In this document: positions 7,180-16,747 of the stretch, piece by piece
Numbering within the stretch: position 1 is the first letter of the stretch
Layout of the letters: the number at the start of each line of letters is the position of its first letter
Assembly (NCBI GenBank): GCA_030146875.1
Contig: JASLAX010000204.1
Coordinates: 1 to 32,596 of the forward strand
Source: Longimicrobiaceae bacterium
GTDB lineage: Bacteria; Gemmatimonadota; Gemmatimonadetes; Longimicrobiales; Longimicrobiaceae
Direction of reading: 5' to 3'
DNA: 32,596 bases
Made by a program: the position numbers and the translations under genes
Notes under the pieces: model-generated
Told to the model about the DNA's origin: nothing
Seen by the model: only the letters and a program-made list of their open reading frames with translations
Databases searched by the model: none

Positions 7180-8601
7180 ATGCGCCGCCTCGTCCTGCTC
7201 GCCATGCTCCTGCTCCCCCTGGCCGGGTGCGCCGGGATGATGGAGTCCCTCGCCCGCGGCTACCCGGCCGACGACTCGTGGAGCCGCCCGCTGCGCGCCC
7301 GGCTGCACCACGGCACCGGCGGGCTGGGGATCGACCTCTCCTCGCCCGCGTACGTGGCGGTCTTCGAGATCGTGCCGGGGCGCGGCGCGGGGCTGTTCTA
7401 CCCCGCGTACAGCGACGAGGCCTCGCGCTTCTCGTCCGGGTTCTCGCACGTGCTGGTGGCGGGGCCGCGGCACTACGACTGGTACTTCCGCCGCAACCCG
7501 GCGTCGTTCGCCGTGAGCGGCCCGCGCCACTACCTGCTGGTGGCGTCGCGCTCGCCGCTGCGGCTGGACGGGCTGCTCGACCGCCCGTCGGCGCTGCGGA
7601 GCATGATGGGATACTCCCGCTTCTCGCGCATGAACGCCGACGAGACGATGGACGACATCCTCTCCCTGGTCGTGCCGAACGTGGGGGACGACGACTGGAC
7701 CAGCGACGTGCTGACGGTGTGGCCCGAGCGCCCGTACCGCTCCAGCGACGCGTACGTGGACCAGGTGTACGTGACCGTGGTGTGCCGCGACGGGCGGCGG
7801 GTGGTGGTGCCGGTGGACCAGGGGCGGCGTGCCTGCGGGGGCGAGGACGGATGGCGCCGCCCCCGGCCGCCCCCGCCGGCGGCGGGCGACACGCTGGACG
7901 AGGAGCGTCCGGGCCGCGACTCGGTGGACGTGCCCACGCGCCGCCGGCCGATCCCGACGGACGCCCCGGGCGGGGCGGGGGAGGGCGGGGAAGGAAGCGC
8001 ACGGCGCCCGGTCTCCCGACCGCCCACGGAGGAGCCGGCGTCCGGCCGTGAGCGCTTCGGCCTGCGGGAGCGCGAGGAGCCCCGCGTGGTCGCGCCCCCG
8101 GCCGCCCGCCCGGCGCCGGAGGAGCAGGGCGGCGCGGAGCGGCCCCGCAGGGAGGAGCCCCGCGCGGAGCAGCCGCGGACGGAGCGCCCCCGCCGTGAGG
8201 AGCCCCGCGCGGCCCCCCGCGAGGAGCCGCGCGTGGAGCGCCCCGAGCCGTCTCGGATCGAGGCCGTCCCGACGGTGCGGGAGACGCCGCGGGTGGAGCG
8301 CCCCGAGCCCTCGCGGATCGAGGCCGTCCCGACGGTGCGGGAGACGCCGCGAGTGGAGCGTCCGGAGCCCTCCCCGGTCGAGGTCGCCCCGGCGGTGCGC
8401 GAGACCCCGCGGGTGGAGCGTCCGGAGCCCTCGCGCGCGGAGCCGGCCCCGGTCGTCCGCGAGGAGCCACGGCCGGAGCCGGCGCGGGTGGCGCCCCGGC
8501 CGGAGCCGCGGACCGAGCGTCCCGCGCCCCCGCCGGCTCCCGCCCAGCCAGCCGAGTCCCGCTCCCGTCCGGGTACGCCGACCGAGGGCGAGGTCCGCTA
8601 G
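7180..8601 (+). CDS. Lipoprotein with N-terminal DUF4384-like globular domain and a long Pro/Glu/Arg-rich repetitive C-terminal tail
   Basis: Signal plus lipobox MRRLVLLAMLLLPLAGC. The block AYVAVFEIVPGRGAGLFYP...HYLLVASRSPL resembles the DUF4384 pattern (yvyvf.vd..g.v.llfP). The C-terminal 200 aa consist of EPR/PRVERPEPS-type repeats. Confidence 0.6.
   Translation: MRRLVLLAMLLLPLAGCAGMMESLARGYPADDSWSRPLRARLHHGTGGLGIDLSSPAYVAVFEIVPGRGAGLFYPAYSDEASRFSSGFSHVLVAGPRHYDWYFRRNPASFAVSGPRHYLLVASRSPLRLDGLLDRPSALRSMMGYSRFSRMNADETMDDILSLVVPNVGDDDWTSDVLTVWPERPYRSSDAYVDQVYVTVVCRDGRRVVVPVDQGRRACGGEDGWRRPRPPPPAAGDTLDEERPGRDSVDVPTRRRPIPTDAPGGAGEGGEGSARRPVSRPPTEEPASGRERFGLREREEPRVVAPPAARPAPEEQGGAERPRREEPRAEQPRTERPRREEPRAAPREEPRVERPEPSRIEAVPTVRETPRVERPEPSRIEAVPTVRETPRVERPEPSPVEVAPAVRETPRVERPEPSRAEPAPVVREEPRPEPARVAPRPEPRTERPAPPPAPAQPAESRSRPGTPTEGEVR
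8221..8460 (+). repeat. Four in-frame 60-nt tandem repeats (20-aa unit PRVERPEPSRIEAVPTVRET) inside the lipoprotein gene
   Basis: Units at 8221, 8281, 8341 and 8401 are nearly identical at DNA level; the first two differ only at a few positions. A degenerate fifth unit follows. Confidence 0.85.
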
Positions 8602-8705
8602 CGGGCCGAACCGCAGCCCCGGCGCCGGGTACCAGCGTCCGCGCTCCATGCCGGGGTGCGGACGCGCCGCTGTCCGGCGCGCGACGAACGACGGAGGGAC
8701 CCGCC

Positions 8706-9380
8706 GTGCTGAAGGTGATCCGGGACGAGGTGGTGGGCTGCCGGCGCTGCGAGCGGCTGGTGGAGTGGCGCGAGCGCGTGGGGCGCGAGAAGCGGCGCGC
8801 GTTCCGCGGGGAGGAGTACTGGGCCCGCCCCGTGCCCGGCTTCGGTGACCCGGAGGCGCGGCTCCTGGTCCTGGGCCTGGCTCCCGCGGCCCACGGCGCG
8901 AACCGCACCGGGCGCGTCTTCACCGGCGACCGCTCGGGCGACTGGCTCTTCGCGGCCATGCACCGCGCCGGCTACGCGTCCCAACCGACGTCGGTCCGGT
9001 TGGAGGACGGCCTGGCGCTCACCGACGCCTGGGTGACCGCCGCGGTGAAGTGCGCCCCGCCCGAGAACAAGCCGCTCCCCGACGAGCGCGATGCCTGCTC
9101 GCCCTTCACCCTGCGCGAGCTGGCCGCGCTCCCCCGCCTGCGCGCCGTCCTGTGCCTGGGCGGCTTCGCGTGGGAGGCGGCGCTGCGTCTGCTGGGGCGG
9201 GCGGGGCACCCCATCCCCACGCCTCGCCCGCGCTTCGGCCACTGCGCCGTGGCGGAGGTCGGGCCGCTGGCGCTGGTGGGCTCGTACCACCCCTCGCAGC
9301 AGAACACCTTCACCGGCCGGCTGACGGAGCCCATGCTGGACGCGGCGTTCGCGGCGGCCAGGCGGGCGGCGGAGGGGTGA
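8706..9380 (+). CDS. udgB: Uracil-DNA glycosylase, family 5 (UdgB-type, 4Fe-4S)
   Basis: Motif A GLAPAAHGANRTGRVFTGDRSG (GLAPA rather than the family-4 GEGPG) and motif B SYHPSQQN. Fe-S Cys ligands: CRRC near the N-terminus and two later Cys. GTG start at 8706 has a GGAGGG RBS 8 nt upstream. Confidence 0.75.
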   Translation: MLKVIRDEVVGCRRCERLVEWRERVGREKRRAFRGEEYWARPVPGFGDPEARLLVLGLAPAAHGANRTGRVFTGDRSGDWLFAAMHRAGYASQPTSVRLEDGLALTDAWVTAAVKCAPPENKPLPDERDACSPFTLRELAALPRLRAVLCLGGFAWEAALRLLGRAGHPIPTPRPRFGHCAVAEVGPLALVGSYHPSQQNTFTGRLTEPMLDAAFAAARRAAEG

Positions 9381-9433
9381 GCGCGGGGCGCGACGACATC
9401 GTTGCCCCCGCCGGTGTCCCCCCGTAACGTGGA

Positions 9434-9460
9434 AGGCCGCGGCGCTCCGGGCGCCGCGGC
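9434..9460 (+). terminator. Hairpin after udgB (11-bp perfect stem GGCCGCGGCGC/GCGCCGCGGCC, 5-nt loop) followed by a pyrimidine-rich tract
   Basis: Begins 54 nt after the udgB stop and is followed by TCCTCCTCCTCC. Confidence 0.45.
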
Positions 9461-9607
9461 CTCCTCCTCCTCCGGAGCACCGCATTCCCACCGGCTTCCC
9501 CGCCGCGCCCCGACCAGGGGGGGCGGACGGGAAGGGGAGCAGAGTAGATGAAAGCGTGGCAAGGAGTTGTGAAACCCGGGCGCGACGCCGTCCGTAGTCC
9601 CGGGAGC

Positions 9608-9635
9608 TTGACGGAAGACCGGGGAAGGGGATAGT
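9608..9635 (+). promoter_or_regulatory. Candidate promoter for the nfeD-flotillin operon (-35 TTGACG, 16-nt spacer, -10 GATAGT)
   Basis: Read directly from the sequence; about 70 nt upstream of the NfeD TTG start, in a relatively AT-containing patch. Confidence 0.3.
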
Positions 9636-9703
9636 TTCGAGGCCGGACGCGCTCGCGTCCGTCCCCCCTTCCGCCGGACCGATCCCCCTTCTCGTACCGG
9701 GCA

Positions 9704-10258
9704 TTGGACACCGTCTTCTTCGTCTGCGCGCTGGTCGGCGGCGGCCTGCTGGTCCTGGAGCTCGTGCTGAGCGTCCTGGGGCTGGAGGACGGAGTGCTGC
9801 ACACCCTCGGCATCGGCGACGCGCCGGGCGTGCACGCCGGCGACGCGCTGCAGCTCCTGAGCGTGCGCTCGGTGTCCGCCGCCCTCGCCTTCGGCGGGAT
9901 CGGCGGCATGGCCATGCGCGCCGGCGGCTTCGGCGTGCCCGTGGCGGCCTCGGTCGCCCTGGCGGCGGGCTCCGTGTCCGCCTGGGGCGTCGCGACGGCC
10001 ATGCGGGCCATGCTGCGCCTGGAGCGCGACGGCACCGTGCGCCTGGGCGGCGCCGTGGGCCACCAGGGGCAGGTGTACCTGAGCATCCCCGGCGCGCGGG
10101 CGGGCGCCGGGAAGATCCACGTGTCGCTCCAGGGCCGCACCGTGGAGTGCCGCGCCGTATCCGACGAGCCCCTTCCGACGGGCGCCGCCATCCTGGTGGT
10201 CGACGTCCTCGATCCCGAAACCGTGGTGGTCGTACCCACCCCCGACCTGGGAGCCTGA
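9704..10258 (+). CDS. NfeD-like membrane protein (YuaF/YqiJ type) with C-terminal OB-fold domain, flotillin partner
   Basis: N-terminal TM helices (FFVCALVGGGLLVLELVLSVLGL), central hydrophobic region and C-terminal beta-rich block GQVYLSIPGARAGAGKIHVSLQGRTVECRAVSDEPLPTGAAILVVDV typical of short NfeD proteins. Gene ends 4 nt before the flotillin start. TTG start. Confidence 0.7.
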   Translation: MDTVFFVCALVGGGLLVLELVLSVLGLEDGVLHTLGIGDAPGVHAGDALQLLSVRSVSAALAFGGIGGMAMRAGGFGVPVAASVALAAGSVSAWGVATAMRAMLRLERDGTVRLGGAVGHQGQVYLSIPGARAGAGKIHVSLQGRTVECRAVSDEPLPTGAAILVVDVLDPETVVVVPTPDLGA

Positions 10259-10262
10259 TCCC

Positions 10263-11918
10263 ATGACCCCCGTCCTTGCAGCCGCCTTCCAGGCGGACCT
10301 GGTCTCCACCATCCTGGGGAGCGGCGTGCTCCTGGCCCTGGTCCTGGGCCTGGGCTTCGTCTTCTTCCTGGCATCGCGCTACCGGCGCTGCCCCGCGAAC
10401 AAGGTGCTGGTCGTCTCCGGCATGGTGGGCGGGGGGAACTCCGCCAAGTGCCTCTCGGGCGGCGGCACGTTCGTGTGGCCCATCATCCAGGAGTACGACT
10501 ACCTGACCCTGGAGCCCATCCAGATCGACATCCCGCTCCGCGACGCGCTCTCGTTCGAGAACATCCGCGTGAGCGTGCCGAGCGTGTTCACGGTGGCGGT
10601 GGGCACCGAGGACGAGGTGCGCCAGAACGCGGCCATCCGCCTGCTCAAGCTGGACCAGAACCAGATCAAGCGGCAGGCGCAGGACATCATCTTCGGGCAG
10701 CTCCGCCAGGTGATCGCGTCCATGCGGATCGAGGAGATCAACCGCGACCGCGACTCGTTCCTGCACAACATCCTCACGTCGCTGGAGCCGGAGCTCAAGA
10801 AGGTGGGCCTGGTGCTGCTGAACGTGAACATCACGGACATCAACGACGAGTCCGGGTACATCGAGGCCATCGGCCGCAAAGCGGCCGCCGAGGCGGTGCA
10901 GAAGGCCCGCGGCGACGTGGCCGACCAGGAGCGGATGGGCGAGATCCGCGTGGCCGAGGCCGAGCGCGAGAAGGTGATCTCGGTCTCCAACGCCAACAAG
11001 GAGCGCGAGATCGGCATGCGCGAGGCCACCCGGGCGCAGGCCGTGCGCGTGGCCGAGCTGGAGAAGGAGCAGAAGGTGGGCGAGGAGACCGCCGCGTTCC
11101 AGCGTGAGGCCGCGGTGAAGGACGCCGAGCAGCAGAAGCGCGTCGCGGTGGCCACCGCCGAGGCCAAGGCCATCGCCGGCGAGGCGCAGAGCCAGGCGCA
11201 GATCGTGGCGACGCAGGCCCAGCTCCAGGTGCGCCAGGCCGAGGCCTACGAGATGGGCGAGAAGCGCAAGCGCGAGGCGGAGGCCGCGGTGCAAGAGGCG
11301 CAGAACCGCGCCATGGCCAAGGCGGCCATCGCCCAGGCCGAGCGGATCGAGGCGGAGCGCCGCGCCCAGCTCGAGGCTCCCGCCAAGGCCGAGAAGGCGA
11401 AGATGATCGTGGACGCCGAGGCCGAGGGCGAGCGGAAGCGCATCAACGCGGTAGCCGAGGCCGAGGCCATCTACGTGAAGCTGGAGGCCGAGGCGCGCGG
11501 CCAGTACGAGATCCTGGCCAGGAAGGGCGAGGGCCTGAAGGCCATCGTGGAGGCCTGCGGCGGTTCGGAGCAGGCGTTCCAGCTCCTGATGCTGGAGCAC
11601 CTGGACACGCTGGCCGAGACGGCGGCGAAGGCGATCTCGAACGTGAAGTTCGACAAGGTCGTGGTCTGGGACGGCGGGTCGGGCACGGCCAGCACCAACT
11701 TCCTGCAGGGCATGGCGCGCTCGCTGCCGCCCATGATGCAGGTGATGAAGGACATCGGCGGGGTGCGCCTGCCCGACTTCCTGGGTACCTCGCTCGACGA
11801 GGCGTCCAACGGCAGGCCCGCGGCCGACCACGCCGCGCCGCGGATGCCCTGGGAGGCCCCCGCCCCCACCGCCGTCGCGGTCCCGAAGGTGGTCGCGGCG
11901 CCGGATCCGGCCGAGTAG
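10263..11918 (+). CDS. floT: Flotillin (SPFH/band-7 domain protein, FloT/YuaG-like)
   Basis: N-terminal membrane hairpin and SPFH domain (VLVVSGMVGG...TFVWPIIQEYDYLTLEPIQIDI...). Long Ala/Glu/Gln-rich coiled-coil flotillin repeats (EAEREKV..., AEAKAIAGEAQSQAQ...) and the conserved C-terminal region. Confidence 0.85.
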   Translation: MTPVLAAAFQADLVSTILGSGVLLALVLGLGFVFFLASRYRRCPANKVLVVSGMVGGGNSAKCLSGGGTFVWPIIQEYDYLTLEPIQIDIPLRDALSFENIRVSVPSVFTVAVGTEDEVRQNAAIRLLKLDQNQIKRQAQDIIFGQLRQVIASMRIEEINRDRDSFLHNILTSLEPELKKVGLVLLNVNITDINDESGYIEAIGRKAAAEAVQKARGDVADQERMGEIRVAEAEREKVISVSNANKEREIGMREATRAQAVRVAELEKEQKVGEETAAFQREAAVKDAEQQKRVAVATAEAKAIAGEAQSQAQIVATQAQLQVRQAEAYEMGEKRKREAEAAVQEAQNRAMAKAAIAQAERIEAERRAQLEAPAKAEKAKMIVDAEAEGERKRINAVAEAEAIYVKLEAEARGQYEILARKGEGLKAIVEACGGSEQAFQLLMLEHLDTLAETAAKAISNVKFDKVVVWDGGSGTASTNFLQGMARSLPPMMQVMKDIGGVRLPDFLGTSLDEASNGRPAADHAAPRMPWEAPAPTAVAVPKVVAAPDPAE

Positions 11919-11939
11919 ACGTTCGCTCCGACGACCAGC

Positions 11940-11976
11940 GAAGGCCCCGCACCTGCTACACGGGTGCGGGGCCTTC
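11940..11976. terminator. Hairpin between convergent flotillin and DUF429-like genes (14-bp stem, 9-nt loop)
   Basis: GAAGGCCCCGCACC-tgctacacg-GGTGCGGGGCCTTC, 22 nt after the flotillin stop, followed by TCGCGTTCCGCGTCTCC. Confidence 0.5.
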
Positions 11977-12015
11977 TCGCGTTCCGCGTCTCCACGTGCT
12001 GCCGTCGTCGCCCGC

Positions 12016-12831
12016 CTACGAGCCGAGAGCCAGGGGGGCGCGGTAGATCCACCCCTCCAGCTCCAACGTCTCGGGCGGGAACTTCGCGACGCGGTACGGC
12101 TGGTCCAGGTCGTCGCGGCAGAGGTAGGCGGTGAGGCAGGCCACGACGGCGTCGCGGGCGTCCTCCAGCGTGACCGCGATGGACTCCAGCGAAGGGTGGT
12201 CGAAGGTCAGGTAGGGACGCAGCGCCACGGGGCGGGCGCGGACCTCGCCGGGGCGCGAGGGGACCTTGCTTCCCTTGATCCCCAGGTCCTTGATGGTGCC
12301 GGAGGGATAGACCTCCAGCACGACCGTGGAGGCGGAGGCGTCCGCCGCCACGGGGGGAAGGGAGACGTCGGCCGCGTCGCGGAGCTCGTGCAGGCAGCGG
12401 ATGCCCTCCACCGTCTGGCGGTAGAGGCGCATGTCCATGGGCGCCAGGGCGCCGCCCGTGTCCGTGGCGCGCATGCGCTTGTGCATCTCCGGGAAGTGCT
12501 CGCGCACCTCGTCGGCCGGGCGGTCCGCGACCCAGGCCGCGGTGCCCTTCCACGACGCGCGGCGCTCGCCGGCCACGCGCTGCGAGGCCTCCCCCGGCAG
12601 GCCGAAGGGGAAGTCCGCGCCCCAGAGCACGCGGGCGTCCTCCTCCGCCCCCACCGCCTTCCGCCAGCCCTTCGCCACGAAGTCCACCATGTCGGCGCGG
12701 AACGGCTGCGGGCACAGGGAGAGGACGTGCAGCTTGCCGTCGCGCTCCTGGCCCACCGCCGTCCACAGGTTGTCGAGCGGCTCCTTCGCCCCGGAGAAGT
12801 CGATCCCGCCGAAGTACGCGAAGCCCGTCAC
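12016..12831 (-). CDS. Hypothetical protein, DUF429-like (predicted RNase-H-fold) family
   Basis: 271 aa. N-terminal GIDFSGA and C-terminal DARDAVVACLTAYLC...LEGWIYRAP resemble the conserved ends of DUF429 proteins. High third-position GC. GTG start at 12831 overlaps the pepP stop as GTGA. Confidence 0.4.
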   Translation of the reverse strand: MTGFAYFGGIDFSGAKEPLDNLWTAVGQERDGKLHVLSLCPQPFRADMVDFVAKGWRKAVGAEEDARVLWGADFPFGLPGEASQRVAGERRASWKGTAAWVADRPADEVREHFPEMHKRMRATDTGGALAPMDMRLYRQTVEGIRCLHELRDAADVSLPPVAADASASTVVLEVYPSGTIKDLGIKGSKVPSRPGEVRARPVALRPYLTFDHPSLESIAVTLEDARDAVVACLTAYLCRDDLDQPYRVAKFPPETLELEGWIYRAPLALGS

Positions 12832-14399
12832 GGAGCCGCCGGGCGCGGCGTGGTGCCCCGGTACCACTCCACCGCCTCGGGGCGGCGGCCGGCGCTCCAG
12901 GGGGAGGGCTCGGCCATCAGCGCCTCGATCTCCGCGATCTCGCGCGGGGCTCCCTCGCTCACGCGCTCCACGCCGCGCGCGGTGACGACGTAGTCGTCCT
13001 CGATCCGCACGCCGATGTTGCGGTAGCGGGCCACCACGGGGCGCAGCCTGGCGATCAGGGCGCGGTTCTCGGGGGTGTCGGCCAGGTGGTCCAGCACGTC
13101 GGCGCGCACGTAGATGCCGGGCTCGATGGTGAAGGCGCTCCCCTCCTTGAACGCGCCGCCGAAGTAGGAGACGTCGGGGTCGTGCACGTCCAGCCCGATC
13201 CCGTGCCCCAGCCCGTGCATGTAGAAGAGCTGGATCTGGGGGCAACGCGAGGAGCCGTTGCGGCCGCAGGCGTAGCTGGCGGTGGGCGACTCGATCAGGC
13301 CCAGGCGGGTCAGCCCCTCCGCCAGAACCCGCTGGGCCGCCGCGTTGATCTGCGCCCAGGTGGCGCCGGGGCGCACCAGGGCCTCGGCCGCCTTCTGCGC
13401 GTCCAGCACGATCTGGTAGACCTGCCGCTGCTCGGGGGAGAAGCGTCCGCTCACGGGAAGGGTGCGCGTCAGGTCCGCCGCGTAGCCGCGGTACGACGCG
13501 CCGATGTCCATCACCAGCGTCTCGCCGGCCTGCATGAAGCGGTCGGCCTCGCGGTAGTGCAGCGTGGTGGAGTTGGGGCCCGAGCCCACGATGCTGGCGA
13601 ACGAGGGGCGCTCGGAGCCGTAGCGGCGGAAGGTGCCCTCGATCAGCGCCTGCACCTCGAACTCGTTCATCCCGGGCTCCACGTACCGAGCCGCCTGGTG
13701 GTGGGCCAGGATGGTGATGTAGACGGCGCGCCGGATCAGGTCCAGCTCCGTGGCCGACTTGCTCCCGCGGAGCTGGCTCAGCACGCGGTCCAGCGACTCC
13801 GTCCTGGTGCCCGCGTGCGCGTCCACGAGCTGCTTCACGAGCTGCTGGTCGCGGCGCAGCACCGTCCGCTCGCCCGCGTCCTCCGGGAGCGGGGAGACGG
13901 TGTAGAGGGTGCGCGGCGTGGCCAGGAGCGAGTCCAGCAGCGGCATCATCCCCTCGACCTCGCGCGTGGCGATGCCGGTCAGGGCGCGGGCGCGCTCGGC
14001 GCCCAGGCGCGAGCCCTCCCACACCTCGCGTGCCGGGTTGCGGCGGCGTACGAAGAGCGTCTCGCGCACCTGCGACCCCTGCTTGGAGACGACCAGGGCG
14101 GCGCCGGGCTCGGTGATCCCCGTCAGGTAGCGGAAGGCGGGGTTCTGGGCGAAGGGCGCGTAGTCGGTCTCGGGCTCGTCCTGGCCCCACACCACCAGCA
14201 CCCCGTCGCGCATCCGCTCGGCCAGCGCGGCGCGGCGGCGGGCGTGCTCCGCCGCGGAGACCGGCGCCGCGGGCGGCAGGTCGGGGAAGCGCCATTCGTC
14301 CGCGGCGCCGCGCTGGCCGGGGCCCTGCGCGCGGGCGGGGGCACAGGCCAGCAGGCCCAGGGTGGCGAGGGCGAGCGCCCGGCGGGTGCGGAGGAGCAT
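12828..14399 (-). CDS. pepP: Xaa-Pro aminopeptidase (M24B, PepP-like), secreted
   Basis: Signal peptide MLLRTRRALALATLGLLACAPARA. N-terminal AMP_N-like domain. Metal-binding pita-bread motifs (VMDIGASYRGYAADLTRT, HGLGHGIGLDVHD, TIEPGIY, GVRIEDD). Confidence 0.8.
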   Translation of the reverse strand: MLLRTRRALALATLGLLACAPARAQGPGQRGAADEWRFPDLPPAAPVSAAEHARRRAALAERMRDGVLVVWGQDEPETDYAPFAQNPAFRYLTGITEPGAALVVSKQGSQVRETLFVRRRNPAREVWEGSRLGAERARALTGIATREVEGMMPLLDSLLATPRTLYTVSPLPEDAGERTVLRRDQQLVKQLVDAHAGTRTESLDRVLSQLRGSKSATELDLIRRAVYITILAHHQAARYVEPGMNEFEVQALIEGTFRRYGSERPSFASIVGSGPNSTTLHYREADRFMQAGETLVMDIGASYRGYAADLTRTLPVSGRFSPEQRQVYQIVLDAQKAAEALVRPGATWAQINAAAQRVLAEGLTRLGLIESPTASYACGRNGSSRCPQIQLFYMHGLGHGIGLDVHDPDVSYFGGAFKEGSAFTIEPGIYVRADVLDHLADTPENRALIARLRPVVARYRNIGVRIEDDYVVTARGVERVSEGAPREIAEIEALMAEPSPWSAGRRPEAVEWYRGTTPRPAAP

Positions 14400-14536
14400 G
14401 GGATCGCGGGGTGAGGGGAGGGGGCGCTCCGCGGGAGCGGCGCGCCGCGTGGATATTGCCGGCCCGCGCGAGGCGCGCGCAAGCCCGCGGGGACGAGCCG
14501 CCCGCCGCGCGCCACCAGGCGCGCGGCGGCGCTCCG

Positions 14537-16594
14537 TCAGGAAGGCGCCAGCTCCGCCGCCAGCGCGTCGGGCGTGGTCACCGGCATGCGGCAGGCGAAG
14601 CGCTCGCAGACGTACGCCGCCGGCTTCCCCTCCACCGGCGTCCTGCCCGCGAGCAGCGGGATCTCCGCCTCCACCTCTTCGGCTGCGTCCGGCGCGCGCA
14701 GCGCCACCGTCACGTTGGGCAGCCAGGGCCGGCCGACGACGCGCAGCAGGGCGTCCGTCGCCTCCTCTCCCGGTATGCCCACGAACGCCACCTCGCGGTG
14801 CGGCGAGAGCTGGTGGTCCAGCGCGGAGAGGAGCAGGCCGAAGCCGATGGGCGCCCGCGCCAGCAGCTCGCCGGTGCCCTCGATCGCCCGCTCCGCCACC
14901 TTCGCGTAGCGCTCCTCCCCCGTGAGCCGGGCCAGCCGGACCAGCATCAGCGCGGCGGCGGATGAGCCGGAGGGCGTGGCGTTGTCGTACAGCTCGCGGG
15001 GGCGCACGGGGAGCTCGGCGGACTCCTCGGCCCCGGCGTCGAAGAAGATGCCCTCGCCCTCGTCCCAGAAGCGCTCGATCACCTCGTCCGCCAGCGCGCG
15101 GGCCTCGCGGACCCAGCGGGGGTCCCAGGTGGCGGCGTAGAGGGAGAGCAGGGCGTCCGCCAGCAGGGCGTGGTCGTCCAGGAAGGCGGGGACCCTGGCG
15201 CGGCCGTCCTTCCACGTGCGCATCAGCCGCCCCTCGGGCCGCAGCTCGCGGAGCAGGAACTCGGCGTTGCGCACGGCGACCTGGCGGTAGCGGTCGCTCT
15301 CCAGCGCCCGCGCGGCCTCCGCGAACGCCCGCATCATCATGGCGTTCCAGGCGACGATCACCTTCTCGTCGCGGCCGGGGCGGATCCGCTCTTCCCGCGC
15401 GGCGAAGAGGACCGGGCGCCCCCTCTCCAGCACCGCGGCCAGGGCTTCCTCCGACACGCCGGTCTCCTTCGCCACCTGGGCCGGCGGGCGGTCGGCGTGC
15501 AGGATGCTGCGCCCCTCGAAGTTGCCGCCGGGGGCCACGTCGTAGAAGGCGCGGAAGACGGGGCCGTCCTCCGGCCCCAGCAGCGCGTCCACCTCCTCCG
15601 GGGTCCAGACGTAGAAGATCCCCTCCTCCCCCTCGCTGTCCGCGTCCTCCGTGGCGTAGAACCCACCGTGCGGGCCGAGCAGGTCGCGCTCGACGTACGC
15701 CAGCGTGTCCTCGGCCACGGCGCGGAAGCCCTCCTCGCGCGTGGCCTGCCAGGCGTTCAGGTACAGGCGGGCGAGCAGGGCGTTGTCGTACAGCATCTTC
15801 TCGAAGTGGGGCACCAGCCAGTGCGCGTCCACGGAGTAGCGGTGGAAGCCGCCGCCCAGGTGGTCGCGGATGCCGCCCGCCGCCATCCGCCGCAGCGTGT
15901 GCTCCACGATGCGCCGCGCGTCGCCGCTGCCGGTGCGCACCGCCTGCCGCAGCATGAACTCCAGCGCCATGGGCTGCGGGAACTTGGGCGCGGCGCCGAA
16001 GCCCCCGTTGCGCGCGTCGAAGCGGGCGGCGAGAAGGTGGTAGGCGCGGTCCAGGGCCGAGACGTCCAGCGCGCCCGACGGCGCCCGCATGGCCGCGCCC
16101 TGCCGCAGCATCTCGTGCAGCTCGGACGCGCTCTGCTCCACGGCCTCGCGGCGGTTGCGGTACGCGTCGGAGATGGCCTGCAGCACCTGCTGGAACGACG
16201 GGAGCCCGTGCCGCGGCTCGGGGGGGAAGTACGTCCCCCCCCAGAACGGGGTCCCCTCCGGCGTCAGGAACACGGTCATGGGCCAGCCGCCGTGGCCCGT
16301 CATGGCCGTCACGGCGCTCATGTAGACGGAGTCCACGTCCGGCCGCTCCTCGCGGTCCACCTTCACGTTCACGTACAGCTCGTTCATCACCGCCGCGGTC
16401 GCGGGGTCCTCGAACGACTCGTGCTCCATCACGTGGCACCAGTGGCAGGCCGAGTAGCCCACCGAGAGCAGGATGGGCCGGTCGTCCGCGCGGGCCCGGG
16501 CGAATGCCTCGTCGCCCCACGGGTACCAGTCCACGGGGTTCTCCGCGTGCTGCAGGAGGTAGGGGCTGCTCTCCTGCGCGAGTCGGTTCGGCAT
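14537..16594 (-). CDS. YyaL/SSP411-family thioredoxin-domain protein (DUF255, thioredoxin-like N-domain plus six-hairpin glycosidase-like domain)
   Basis: N-terminus [31 protein letters not shown]...[20 protein letters not shown] is the hallmark of YyaL/spermatogenesis-associated-20 homologues. 685 aa from the internal ATG. Confidence 0.8.
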   Translation of the reverse strand: MPNRLAQESSPYLLQHAENPVDWYPWGDEAFARARADDRPILLSVGYSACHWCHVMEHESFEDPATAAVMNELYVNVKVDREERPDVDSVYMSAVTAMTGHGGWPMTVFLTPEGTPFWGGTYFPPEPRHGLPSFQQVLQAISDAYRNRREAVEQSASELHEMLRQGAAMRAPSGALDVSALDRAYHLLAARFDARNGGFGAAPKFPQPMALEFMLRQAVRTGSGDARRIVEHTLRRMAAGGIRDHLGGGFHRYSVDAHWLVPHFEKMLYDNALLARLYLNAWQATREEGFRAVAEDTLAYVERDLLGPHGGFYATEDADSEGEEGIFYVWTPEEVDALLGPEDGPVFRAFYDVAPGGNFEGRSILHADRPPAQVAKETGVSEEALAAVLERGRPVLFAAREERIRPGRDEKVIVAWNAMMMRAFAEAARALESDRYRQVAVRNAEFLLRELRPEGRLMRTWKDGRARVPAFLDDHALLADALLSLYAATWDPRWVREARALADEVIERFWDEGEGIFFDAGAEESAELPVRPRELYDNATPSGSSAAALMLVRLARLTGEERYAKVAERAIEGTGELLARAPIGFGLLLSALDHQLSPHREVAFVGIPGEEATDALLRVVGRPWLPNVTVALRAPDAAEEVEAEIPLLAGRTPVEGKPAAYVCERFACRMPVTTPDALAAELAPS

Positions 16595-16747
16595 GGCGTG
16601 GGGCCCTCGGATCTGGAACGGAAAGGGAGCGGACGCGCACCGGGCGGCAATCGTCGTACCGCCGGGGCGGGAAGGGTATCGGCTCTCTCCCGCCTGCACC
16701 GGCGCTTCGTGGCCGGAAGGCGTCGCGTGCGGCGGATTCCGGTTTCC

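Noticed and set aside
8221-8460. Possibility that the 60-nt tandem repeats are a CRISPR-like array
   Set aside because: The repeats are contiguous with no spacers, in frame within a lipoprotein gene, and encode a 20-aa peptide repeat.
8598-11831. 1077-aa minus-strand ORF antisense to udgB/nfeD/flotillin
   Set aside because: Antisense to three well-supported genes. Composition typical of GC-rich antisense frames.
9704-11918. nfeD-flotillin as a novel system
   Set aside because: It is a well-known conserved pair (YuaF-YuaG / NfeD-SPFH). Annotated as a feature, not a discovery.
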